From positions 53,010,001 to 53,074,000 of the forward strand of contig OX638154.1 of assembly GCA_951804945.1 (NCBI GenBank): a DNA stretch of 64,000 nucleotides. Reading direction: 5' to 3'. The stretch's first letter is position 1; each line of letters starts with the position of its first letter. A program made the translations under genes and the position numbers. Source of the stretch: Podarcis cretensis (lineage: Eukaryota). The notes under the pieces are model-generated. The model worked only from the letters and a program-made list of their open reading frames with translations. It was not told the DNA's origin and did no database searches. Shown piece after piece: positions 27,073 through 38,559 of the stretch.

Positions 27073-27145
27073 TGCTTTTATGTACAGTGTCAGCATGTGG
27101 TGACAGAAAGTTTACATCACATGCTTCATTGAGTGCAGAAAAGCA
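27073..27145 (-). promoter_or_regulatory. SECIS element in the SELENOP2 3'UTR
   Basis: RNA reads UGCUUUUCUGCACUCA-AUGA-AGCAUGUGAUG-UAAA-CUUUCUGU-CACCACAUGCU-GA-CACUGUACAUAAAAGCA. It has the AUGA/GA quartet, an 11-bp helix II with one mismatch, an apical AAA, and helix I UGCUUUU/AAAAGCA. Confidence 0.92.
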
Positions 27146-27626
27146 GGAAATGCAAAAATGGGGTCAAAATTGGCTTCTCAAGAAGCAGCTCTGTGTTCCT
27201 GAGGAAAACAAGATGGCTTCCTTAGGCAGTCCTCACCACAGAAATGGGATGTATCTAAAAATCCATCTGAGCCCAAGAGGAACACCACCTTAAGGCTTGG
27301 TGGAATAAAACTGGTGCATATGAGGTTAACTGGGAGACAGATTCAAAATGAGGATAGAGGTCTCATTGTGGACAAGCAGTTAAACTTTCCAATCACATAT
27401 ATGACACTACAAAAGTTTGTGTTGTGTCCTCTGCTATCTGTTGAGAGACCTTGAACGTCTAGGGAGTGGAACATTCACTTCCCTTCCCCTGCTGAAAACT
27501 GAGCCATCATATTTCTTCCTTCTGATGCATGTAGGTTTGCCCCCTGGCTCTTCTTAAAAGCTTGCTTAGTGCTAAGTATCCTTATGGCTAACAGTTGGGT
27601 GTTGCACACATTGAAGTTTAAATGTT

Positions 27627-30600
27627 TTATGGGGATTCCCTTGTTTGATGCTTCTGTGAGCGATTCTGAGAGTGGAGAACTGGCTGGTGTGTACTGCTCA
27701 AACCCAAGGCTTTATGGTTGCCGACTCCTCCATGATATGAATAGTGATGGGCTGTGTGCTTGGTGTTAGGTGCTTCTTGGCTTGGCTCATCATGATGGTA
27801 CCTGGGTTCTTCCAGGTGCTTCTCTTTGTGTCCAGATGCCTCAGTTGTCGTCACGTTAGTACTTGCTGTCTTATTCACCTGTGAAGGTAATGAAAGATTC
27901 TATATATGTACATGCAGATGGGCTTAGGGTGAAGACAGAAACACATTTTTAAAAGTGAAGATGGATGTATATATCTGAAGTGATCTGCATTCAGCCCTTT
28001 TTGACAAAATATGTAAACTTCCAAAATAAACTGAGCTCAGAGCAACTGCTACTTTCTGTTTTCAGGAGAAATTGGCTGTGAAGAATGGTGATTGCCTGGC
28101 AGTCACTTAAAAAGTGGTTTTAAAGAATGTGTAAAATAGAAGTTTAAATGAGTAAACATGCTGGATGTTTAGGCGTAGAAATGGTTTTTAAAAGCCCAAC
28201 GTTTGAGAGGCAAAAAGCTGCACAGGAGTTTAAGCCAAGTATATATATCTCTCAAAAGAGCTGGGAGGAAAGAAGGTTTGATTTCTCCAGATCAGAAAAA
28301 CCTGCACCCGCTCTTGGAAGGAGATCTGTTTGACTTCACTCTCGGTATGGTCGAAATGGCTTAAAAGGTATTTATAATATTTTGCTGCCTTGGCTATCAG
28401 GACAGCAAAAAACTAAAATAGGTAATACATCAGCCCCCCCCCCCCCCCGCAATCCCACCTTGAGGAATGAACTTTCAGATCACTGATGGGGCAGGAAGTG
28501 ACACCACAGGACAAGACAGCAGTTACTATTTCTTCTGTCCAAGGAACAATATGCTCCCATTCATTGAGAACAGGAAGCACTTCAACCTGACAAATTAAGG
28601 CTGTTAATTTCTTTTTTTTTCAATAACTGAGGGCAGACTATGGCTACTGGGTGAGGCTCAAGCAGTACATGATGGCAGAAGATCCAGGTCTTGACCCACC
28701 ATGTACAAAACAGGAAGGTGGGGTTGACTTTAGAGATAAGGGGTGCCTGGGTGAGAGGAACCAAACCTTTCCTGCACTTGATGCCACACAGCTTCTGTTC
28801 CAAAGTGTTTTTCTTCAAGTCAATCTCACTTTTAGTATCTGAACTCAACTGGGGAGAAAAGCACTTGGGGGAGTGTGAGAAGCTGAAAGTGGGGGGGGGG
28901 GTAGTTTAGCATTTCCTCCCACCTGGGTTCTCCTGGACCCCTCCACGCTACACTATCTGTGACTGCGGCAGACCTGGTGTCTCCATCTGCAATTTGCTTC
29001 TGAGGTTTTTATTTCAAGATGGTTTACTTCCTGTCGAGATGAAAGATGCTTTGTGGTATCTCAACATCCTTGCTTGTTGTAGCGGCCCAATATAATAAAA
29101 CCCTCCCTTCCACCTTCTCCTCCCACATCCCTGCTGTAAGACCAATCTGATCAGAAACCTAGAATTCCCAGGCAGAAGTTCAGGATGGGCAAATGAGGAA
29201 ACATCTGGCTTAAACAAAATGAGTTGAAAAGGAAGTTGATGAGGGGATTCAAGTCCCTACCTCCTGGCTGCTGTTAGAGGGGTACCAGGAACAATTGCCG
29301 CAGTAGTCTTTGCTGTGTGTGTACCGCACGGCTGCTTCAACATAGGGCAAGTGCAGAAAACTGTATGGCAGCTGGATGTGGAAAGCCAGCCTGCTGCACC
29401 TGCAAAGCCCGAGAGCCATGAAACAAATGGACATAAAGTTAGTGTCAGGAGAGCATGTAATCCACTAATTTACACTGGAAATGAATCTAACCTGGCCTGA
29501 AGAATCTGGTTTTCATCACCAACAGTTGTGAGGCATGATGGTAAAGAGAAACACTTACATCATGGTATGTCCTTTCTTTCCAGATGTGTCCTCAAACAGA
29601 CTTTTTGATAATGTATTCAGGAATCCCGAATTCCATATATCTTACTTTCCTTCCTTCTGCCCAGGCCTGCAGACCCCCATTGGCCTCCCATCAGCAGCTG
29701 CCTATGGAGCAACCCACTTCTGCCCCCACTAGTGCTGCTGATGGGATCCCTACTGGTGGCAGCAGGGGCTTTCAGTAGCCAAGGAAGGAGCTGGACTGAG
29801 CCGCCTTGCAGTCCATTGGATCCTGAGATGGTCCCACTGCCAGAACTGGGCTTCTTCCAGGCTCAATTGCTGCACCAGCTCCAAGCTGGCTCAGTGATCT
29901 GCCTTCCCTCCCTTCTGCCCCGGCTGCTATGCACAGCAGTGGCCCTGACTCTCCAAAAACCCTAATCAGTCTTGGGTGGGTGGGGAGTTAGAATTGCTCC
30001 CTTAAGCACTGACCTGTCATAGATCAGGAAGTCATCCTTGTCCCCATCTAGAATTTGCCAGACGTCAGGCTCCAGAATCTGCTGCTGGTAAACAGGAACT
30101 CCCTCTGGGGCATGCCGTTTGAGCTCCCAGTACATAGCCCTGGAGAAAGGAGTCTTCTCATTCACAATCATGAAGCTGACATTGGTCACTCCTTCAAGTG
30201 ACAGCTTCCTCTGCAAGCTGCCAAGGCTGGTGGGTAGGAAGAACAAGCAACGTTTAGGAATTGCGGTGCACAGATATAGGTTCCAGCCCTGCCCTCTACA
30301 CATACCATGTGGGATATGAGCCTGCACTGCTGGACGGAGGCCCCTTCATTTATCAGTTCACTGGACTTGCAATTACAGCGGTCCCTGCTACATAGATCCA
30401 GCAATAAGTTAAATGATACATATTATGCTTGAGCTGTAATTCACCAGGAAAATTGGATCTACCTTCTATATGTGTGTTATATCTGGCCTGCTGCAGCCCA
30501 GGCCTCAATTTTTGATTGCTGAACTGGAGCTTATAGACAATCAGTTCAGTTCTGTGTTTCCTGGTAGAAAGCCTAGGGGCAAAGATGTGACCTTAAGAGT

Positions 30601-31076
30601 TGTGATATTGCCACTGAACACCAGATACAGGGTTCCAACACATATCTGACTTTCTAGTCACATCCAGACCATCTTTTTAAAGCATGCGACTTTCCCCAAA
30701 GCATTATGGGAACTGTGATTTACCCCCTGACAGAGCTACAGTTCCCAGCACTCTTAAACTACAGTTCCCATGACTCTTTGGGGAAAGCCATGTGCGTCAA
30801 ATGTATGGTGTGGCTGCGACCTAACAGCTCCTGACTCAGGCAATCTTCTCTATGAACTCACCTGGCGGCCTGCTTGAGACAGAACTGTCAGCTGGCTTTC
30901 AACAGTGCCACCACTGTCACTTGGCCCTCCATCCCAGCCATGGGGGCCACCCCATTGATCTTCCAGAGTGGTGCAAGCTGGCATATTTGGGTCCTGTTCT
31001 CAGCCACATCTGCCAGCGTAGCAGCAATTGCCAGGAGCAGCAGCAAGGTTGTTGTGGCTAGGGCTGAATAGCCCAT
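27627..31076 (-). CDS. SELENOP2: Selenoprotein P paralogue (SelPb / SELENOP2), 272 aa with a single Sec at codon 63; coding exons 31076-30862, 30226-30014, 29399-29261, 27878-27627
   Basis: Signal peptide, then GQVTVVALLKAS-UGA-QFCLKQA (UxxC), VYQQ...DVWQILDGDKDDFLIYDRC, YVEAAV...YCGNCS and a His-rich tail. Exons 215+213+139+252 nt are in phase with GT-AG sites. SECIS downstream; no Sec-rich C-terminus. Confidence 0.93.
30655..30818. mobile_element. Palindromic MITE-like element (related copy ~55-150)
   Basis: Inverted arms CTTTCCCCAAAG...TGGGAACTGT / ACAGTTCCCA...CTTTGGGGAAAG. Confidence 0.6.
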
Positions 31077-31139
31077 CCTGGCCACCTCCCTTCAGCCTAA
31101 AGTGGAAGAGAGCAGCTTAAGACCATAAGAACTTCCCTC

Positions 31140-31230
31140 GGGGGGGGGGGTTGAAGGGCAAAAAATAATGAATATGATATGTTTTGATAATTTGTTATGT
31201 TGAAATTGTTAATAAAAACTTTTTTTAAAA
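31140..31230 (+). mobile_element. Severely 5'-truncated non-LTR (L1-like) 3' tail insertion
   Basis: G-run, AATAAA and A-rich end, flanked by the 13-bp direct repeat AAGAACTTCCCTC (31127-31139, 31231-31243). Confidence 0.7.
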
Positions 31231-31467
31231 AAGAACTTCCCTCAGCAGGCCAGATGCAGCCTCTAAGTCTCAGTAGACTTTCTTCTTAGTAAACATAGAT
31301 AGGATTGTCCTACATGGATGCCCTAGTGCCCTGTATTTGAAAGTGACAGTAATGGATGCTTAAAGACACACTCACATATTAGCTGCCCAGGATTTCAGCT
31401 ACAGCAAGGGTTGTTGCTATCCTCTGGCCCTCTGGATATTGTTGCAGTACAACTCCCAGCATGGTCA

Positions 31468-31682
31468 TTAAGAACATATGAAGAGACCTGCTAGATCAGA
31501 CCAAAGGCCATCTAGTCCAGCATCCTGTTCTCACAGTGGCCATCCAGATGCCTAGTGCCACAGCACTCCCTCTATTTGTGATTCCTATTGACTGGTAGGC
31601 AGAAGTGTCTCAGACAGTGGAGGTATCCATCATATCTAGTGGTTATGAATAGCCCTGTCCTCCAGGAATTTGTCTAATCCTC
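31468..31682 (-). mobile_element. Old CR1/L3 3' fragment (related piece ~60555-60625)
   Basis: AAGAACATATGAAGAGACCTGCTAGATCAGACCAAAGGCCATCTAGTCCAGC, typical reverse CR1 tail. Confidence 0.55.
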
Positions 31683-32239
31683 CTGTCTTGCCAAAGGCAA
31701 GGTGGTTCTTTTAAAATGAGATTCAGAAGCAATACAAAATACACAAGTGAGCGAGAAGTTTAAATATTTTATTCTAAAACAGCAAGCAAGGTATACATAT
31801 ACCAAGCAAGCACTTCAACCTGCCACTTGGAAGCCCTCAAGAAGCGGCGATGCGACTCCCCCAAGTACCCTCAGTTTGCACGGCCCTGTGGCCAATCAGT
31901 CTGTGCATGAACTTCAAAGAAACTCTGCCCAAACCGTCCAATATTATAGACAGCCTGTGTGGCTTCCAAGACTGGCTACATGCAGATCACCCATTAGCCA
32001 CCCCCTCCCAAGGCCTCACTTTCTCAAAACAATGTCCAGCATCAAAGAAGGTACCCAGAATTATCCTCCACAACTGATGAAGGCAGCTGTGAGTGGGGCT
32101 TCACCTCCTCCCAAAGTTCTCAGGACATTAAAGACTGTTCTCACAGCATCAAAAAAATTAACAAGAGCAAGGGAGGGGGAAAGAACAGAGGCAGGAAGGG
32201 TAACTGTGTCAGATCACTAACTCCTCAATACATTTTGTT

Positions 32240-32616
32240 TTCCAGATGCATTTCCCATACACCTCCAAAATAGTGGCTATCTCCACATCCTGTGAGAGCA
32301 AGTACTTATATAGTACTTCTTTTTGCCTGCCCTGAATTTCCCAATATTCAGCTTCATTGGATGGCCTAATATTCTGGAAAATAGAGAACAACTTCTCTCC
32401 ATCCACATTCTCCATCCCATGCATAATTGTAGACATCACTATCATGTCCCTGTCTTATACACCTTTTTTTCTAATCTGGAAATCCCTAAATGCTGTAACC
32501 TTTCCTCATATGATGATTATACCAGCCCTTTGATCATTTTAGTTGCCCTCGCCTTTTCTGAAACTTTTCCAACTCTACAGAATATATTTTTAGGGGAGGT
32601 GACCTGAATGGTACAC
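32240..32616 (-). mobile_element. Degenerate CR1 ORF2 3' region
   Basis: Remnants EKARATKMIKGL and IMHGMENVDGEKLFS resemble the CR1 ORF2 C-terminus. Confidence 0.6.
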
Positions 32617-32624
32617 AGTATGCC

Positions 32625-32760
32625 CAGTGCTTTTTTTCCTAGAAAAACAGGTGCCGGTACAATGAAGTTGTTACAGTAAGCGCCACACTTTTTAACAACA
32701 ACAAAATGAGGTGCTGGTGCTGCGTACCCTTGAGTACCCCCCCCGGGGGGAAAAGCACTG
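32625..32760. mobile_element. hAT-type MITE
   Basis: TIR CAGTGCTTTT / AAAAGCACTG with perfect 8-bp TSD AGTATGCC (32617-32624, 32761-32768). Confidence 0.85.
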
Positions 32761-35674
32761 AGTATGCCTAGTACTGTGTTGTCCCACCATAATTTGATGA
32801 GTAGATAGGGCCAAGGAAGGAGTCTGGCAGCCAAGCACTCTGGTTTGGCAGACAATGGTGAAGACAACACAATCTGGACTGGAACATGCCTCAAGCAGAA
32901 AGTGGGATCTAAAAATGAATGCAAGCAAATATCTAGACCAGACAAAAGCAATCAGGTAAGCCGCAGGCCACAAGTCAATTCACATATGTAAGACACATAT
33001 AGGCACCCTATTGCTTTTAGAGGATATTGGCCCCATTTTACAAGTGGGACACAGCACCCTATATGAGTCAGATAACCATGGGAGAGAATGCACAAATAGT
33101 TAAACATTAATAAAGAGTGTGCCTCTGAGCATATTCAGAGTAATTCCCCATGCTGCTTAACAGCTGCAGCTTCCCCTTCCTCCCTGCACTTAGAATTTAG
33201 GAATAGTGTGCATCTGAGAATAAGTTTTCACTTGTTACTAAACAACTGCAGTTTTCCTTTCCCTATACTTTTATAAATACAAAGCAGGGCTGATGATGTG
33301 ATGGCATGTTTCCTACACAGATGAAGGCTCCAGTATAAGTTTTGCTAGAAATTAAGAACTGTTCAAAAAGCAAAGAGGGAAAATAGCACTGCCTTCCTTT
33401 GTTGTCAGCAAACTAAAACAAGAGAATTCTCATGTGCAGCTTACGCAACAAACTGTATTCCTAACCCAGAGCCCCCTGTTTACTGACATTCATCCTGATT
33501 TGCTTGCACAAAGCTTACACAGAAGTTATACTTTAGCTAGTCTTTGCTGAGTATTCATTCTGATTTGTTTGCAGGGTAGTTAGTTATATGAGAATTAGCA
33601 TCCATTCAGATTTGCTTGCAGGGTGTTTATACGTCTTCCCATTAGTCATTTGCTCATTGCACATGTTTTCAGTGCATTTCCCCATCACTTTCCAAACTGC
33701 AAAAAGTCTGGTGTTTTTGTGTGAAGTGGATTTGTTGCCCAGAATCCTTTAATCTGCTTTAACTGTGCAAATCTAAATTTCCAGCATGTATTTGCATCCC
33801 TTCTGCAAGATAGTGAAAGTTCGGAGGCACCGTTAGTTTCTCCCCCACATTTTTTTACAGCTCTGGCTGCATTCACATCTAATGCTAAGCAAAGCCATAG
33901 TTTAGTGTGAACTGGCTGCTGGGGAGAAAATTACAGCTGCTCCTCTGTGGCCCCTTTAGCTCAGTGGGGTGCAGCACCAAAGCCAAGGGTGGCTTAGTGA
34001 GTTGTCTGAACTTGGGATACGGATTAAGCTCTTGCCTCCTTAACAATTATCTACAGTACAGCCAAGATTTGTTACTGGCTACATATTGCAGCTTAGTTAC
34101 CCAACTGAGCTAAAAAGCCTAGGGAGGAACAAAACAGGTGAAAGCTCCTCTCTGGGAGCCAGCCTATTTTGCACAGTCCTGGTGAGCCACACACATTAGT
34201 CACATGGATGAAATCTCAGCAAGAGTCTTGTTGCTTTCCAACACACTGGTTAGAAAAGGAAACACACCCAAGCCTTGTTAAACTTGTAAAAACAAGCCAC
34301 CGAAACCCAGCATGATTCAGCCACACCACCCTAAACTCTCAATAAAAATAGTTATTTAGAAAGCCCTTGTTGATCCCAGAAAGTGGCAAAACAGGGAAGG
34401 CAATGCCTTTGGTTGGGCCAAATCTTGGCAGGATGTTCCCCTCCCCTAATTGTCCTCTGGAACAGGGTCCAAGCTTTTGAGTCCACCATCAGAAGCAGTG
34501 GCGCTTGCATTCTAAAGCTGGTCACAACGTCCCCGTCATCCCCTGCTTGCCACCACACAGGCTGTGTGCAATTCCCTCCCATATACTCCCCATATCCAAG
34601 AAAAACAGCCTTGGGGTGGTGGCAGTAGATTAGGAACAACTCAGAGATCAGATAATGCTTATCTTGGCAAGATTCAAAACCTCTCACAGTCTCACCCACA
34701 AAAGGTGGTTCAGTCAAAGGTGATTTGACACCTTGCCAATGTTGGGCCTCTCAGGAATCCACCAAGACTTTGTTCTAGGAAGCAGTAGCACAACTTTGCC
34801 TTCCTTGTTTGGAACCTTTCTGCTCTAACTTCATTGTGATAAATATTTCTCATGAGCCTTCAAAGCACCAGCTATATTGACCAACTGCAGAAATTGAACT
34901 TAATAGACATTGCCACCCCCCCTTCCCAACAAGTCTGCACCAAGAATTCCCACCAGGTGATACTCTGCCTTTTCTCAGGTGACTCCAGCTGTTGTTCTAC
35001 TCCAATCTATGACAGTCTTACTGTAGCTCTGTTCTCTCAGATCTCTTATCCCCAGGCTGGCTGTGGCGTACTTTATCTCTCATTCAAGGTCTCTCCACCC
35101 AGAAGGGGCTGGGAGAGAGGAGGTGCTTGGCTGGGGGCTAGATACACAGATGTCCTTGAAGAATTTCAGAGCAGCATGAATTGCGTTCACCACTGCCATA
35201 CACCCAGCGGTACTTGTTTTTCATTCAGAGACATCACATTCAGGAACTGAAGAAATACCATGCAGTGCCAGGCAAGGAACACTGGAAAGCATTATGCTCT
35301 TGGAAGATGACAGGACTGCATCCTGGGAGTTTTCAGTTACATTGAGGAATACATTACTGGTGTGATGAGATGGGCTGCCTTGCTATAAAGCAAAAGGAAG
35401 CAATTGTTACAGGCTGGCTATTTTTCTAGAAAAAGAAGTGCCGGAACTCACCATGAATGCCTCCATTGTTCTCTTATCATGGCAACGGTGTCCGCCTGAA
35501 AGATGCTGGAACTGAGTTCCGGTGAGTTCTGGATGAAAAGAAGCTCTGGTTATAGGCAACAGATTCCAAAAGAGACAAACTGTACCCACTCAACTTGCAT
35601 TATTGTGATGGGGTGGTATATGTTGACTTTTTGCTTCAGATGAAAAATTGTTTTAAGATTAGTAAGTAAAGATA

Positions 35675-36043
35675 AAAGGTAAAGGGCTGCTGGATGGTTA
35701 AGTCCAGTCAAAGGCAACTATGGGGTTGTGGTGCTCATCTCACTTTCAGGCCGAGGGAACTGGCGTTTGTCCACAGACAACTTTCCGAGTCATTTGACCA
35801 GCATGACTAAATTGCTTCTGGTGCAACACAACACTGTGGTGAAAGCCAGAGCACACGGAAACACCGTTTACCTTCCTGCTGCAGCGGTACAAATTTATCT
35901 ATTTGCACTGGTGTGATTTGAACTGCTAGGTTGGCAGAAGCTGGGACAGAGCAACAGGAGCTCACGCCATTGAGCAGATTCAAACTGCCGACCTTCAAAT
36001 TGGCAAGAGGCTCAGTGGTTTAGACCACAGTGCCACCCGCATC
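35675..36043 (-). mobile_element. Sauria SINE
   Basis: Close to the 1897-2305 copy (TAAGTCCAGTCAAAGGCAACTATGGGG...TAGACCACAGTGCCACCCGC). Confidence 0.85.
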
Positions 36044-37267
36044 CAACTAGTAGGACTGGTACAGCATGATGAGATATCCATGAGTATATGAAAAACAGTT
36101 CCTTTGAGTTTCCAATTCAGGCATGAACTCCCTAATATTCCTACTCTAAAGTATATGAGAGGACAGATTTGACAATGAGCAGTCAACTATGGGGTTGGAG
36201 GAAATTTAACTGAATGTGAACTGACATGAGAGAACCTGGGTGGAAAACTGGTTTTCTGGGATAATAAAAGTGAATTGATTGAGTGATGTGAGGTACAAGT
36301 GAAATAGAGTTCCTCTGAACATGTGCAGAACACCTCTGCCTTGCAAGAGAAAAGCTGTCATGTATAATACATTTTGAAACAGGATTTCCTGAGCAGATTG
36401 TATGGCTTCCAGACTGCCCCTTAAGGCCCCCGTACTCATGTTACCCCAACAACGCTGGGACTGCTGCAGTGCTGCTGCTTCTTGCATTGCTGGGTAACAG
36501 TGAGAAGCCCAGACCATGAGTAACAAAGCCCACATCACAGCTTCTTCCTGTGCCAATGCTAACCATTAAGATACACTCATGTACCATGCAGGAGTGGTGC
36601 TGCTGCAGATCCCATACTAGCAGAGTAACGTAAGAACCTAGAAATTATGTCCTGTCCCCATTTTCTTGCCAGGTTTCTGTACAACTAGTACCTACAGGCC
36701 ATTCCCAATCAACCCCCGCCCCCAAGTATTGGCCTTCTCCAAATCTATACCTTTCCAGCAGTACACACGCACTCTTTTCCCTCACAATAGTCCCCACCCC
36801 ACTTTAGAAGCCCTGAAGGGAGAGAAAAGAATTTCCCAAGATCTGATAAAGACACATGCAAACCTGATGTACCTGGAACTGGGAGTAGAGAGTGCAGCTG
36901 AGTGGGACACCGTCGAGGGCAGCCTGTGGAAGTCCCATCCACCTTGGATCTGCAAGTCTCCGAGAGGATAGGGTGATTTCTGAGATTTCCAGGAACTCTT
37001 CTCATTGTGAAACTTTTGTTGGTGAGCTGAGAGTTTGTTTCGACCCTGGGTGCTGAGAGGGAGGGTGTTGTCAGAAGGAAAATGCATTGATATGGATTTA
37101 AATATAGTGGTAAATTTCTATTACTGTAATATTTTTATGTGTGTTTTTGTAATATTTTGTTTTGTCTGCTGTTGCTGTTTCAGCTTATTGTAAACCGTTT
37201 AAGAGACATTTTAAATAAGCAGCACAAAAATTAAATAATCAGTCATCATCATCAACATCATAAAGTA

Positions 37268-37490
37268 CCGTGGTACCTCAGGTTAAGTACTTAATTCGTT
37301 CCAGAGGTCTGTACTTAACCTGAAACTGTTAACCTGAAGCACCACTTTAGCTAATGGGGCCTCCTGCTGCCTCTGTGCCGCCGCTGCACAATTTCTGTTC
37401 TCATCCTGAAGCAAAGTTCTTAACCTGAGGTAATATTTCTGGGTTAGTGGAGTCTGTAACCTGAAGCGTATGTAACCCGAGGTACCAATG
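37268..37490. mobile_element. Tigger/pogo-like MITE
   Basis: Slightly mutated CCGTGGTACCTC / GAGGTACCAATG TIRs with TA flanks. Confidence 0.85.
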
Positions 37491-37779
37491 TATACCACTT
37501 CCTTGTGCCTTTCCACTGAAATCTAAAACTGTTACGAGTGTTCTTAAAAATACTTTCAAGATTGAATTGCAAAGCTCCTCCTCACATAAAAAATAAAAAT
37601 AACAACAATACTTAACAAGGCTGCCCACTCAGTGGTGGCGGTATGAAAGCAATGTATTTTAAGAACATTCCTTGGGATTTTTAAAAATAAAATAATTGTA
37701 GCACAAAACAGTGTTGTCAACAAAGGTAAAATAAACGCTCTTGGTTGTTGTTGTTGTTGGTTTTTTTTTTTGGGGGGGG

Positions 37780-38060
37780 GAATGGCGTTGTAGGAAAGGA
37801 GATTGCGGCTCCGGTATACGCAGCCCATTGAATGGCTGATAAGCGTAGCAACTGCTTTTGCTTAGGACCTGCGAGCCGGTGGAAGATGTTGGCGTAGCTC
37901 CACGTGCGCCCTGGGGACACTCGCCTTCCGCTTCCGACCGCGTGTTGCGGAGCCCCTCCTTGCGGGAGATTCAAGTCAGCGGCGGGAGGAGGAGGAGTTC
38001 CGGCGCCTGCCTGCCTGCCTGCCCGCTCGCTGCGTGAAAGTCACTTTCACGTGAGGAATC
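37780..38060 (+). promoter_or_regulatory. HPDL CpG-island promoter / likely non-coding exon 1
   Basis: CpG-rich, CACGTG E-boxes at 37901 and 38048, candidate donor GTGAGG at 38051. Confidence 0.6.
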
Positions 38061-38343
38061 AAAGACACACGGCAGATAAGCTTTCAATCAGGAGGCCTGA
38101 GGCAAGATCTAAAGGGGGAAGAGAGGGAGAGGATAGACTCTGCAACTAGGCAGAGAGACAAGGAGAAACGTGCAGATTTCTGGGGGAGGGGCAGATTCCC
38201 CCCCCCCCCTTAGACCTGGATTCCTTTGATTTTTCAGGCACACGTCAGCCGAAGGGAGGTGGCATAGAGCTGCCTCCTCCTCCTCCTGCCCCCCCTACAA
38301 AACCTGGAGGCACTAACAGAACAGGCCCCTGTTCCCATCCAGG

Positions 38344-38459
38344 GAAGGGACCACTAGGGTCATCTAGCCCAACCCCCTCTGTAATGCAGGGAACGTTTGC
38401 CTAACCTGGGACTCGAACTCATGAGCCCGTGATTAAGAGTCTTGTGCTCTACCGACTGA
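38344..38459 (-). mobile_element. tRNA-Lys(CTT)-derived SINE with CR1-type tail
   Basis: Reverse strand TCAGTCGGTAGAGCACAAGACTCTTAATC...GAGTTCGAGTCCC (tRNA-Lys-like), followed by GGGGGTTGGGCTAGATGACCC (CR1 3' end). Confidence 0.75.
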
Positions 38460-38559
38460 CCTTCCCCACCCCACAACAACTGAGCTGGCTTTCTTTTCTG
38501 TTTCTGTAGGTTTAGCAGCAAAAGTTGTGTTACCATTGACCACCCTTTCAAACTGCATA

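Noticed and set aside
30888-31085. 65-aa secreted peptide ORF ending at TGA
   Set aside because: The TGA is best read as Sec. Homology continues past it to a splice donor, and a SECIS is present.
31747-32220. 157-aa plus-strand ORF upstream of SELENOP2
   Set aside because: No recognisable homology, GTG start, no supporting splice structure.
38395-38459. tRNA-Lys gene
   Set aside because: The 5' acceptor stem is missing, it is mutated and it is fused to a CR1 tail, so it is a SINE head.
38527-38559. HPDL N-terminal extension in the ORF track
   Set aside because: The start is GTG; the first ATG is at 38560.
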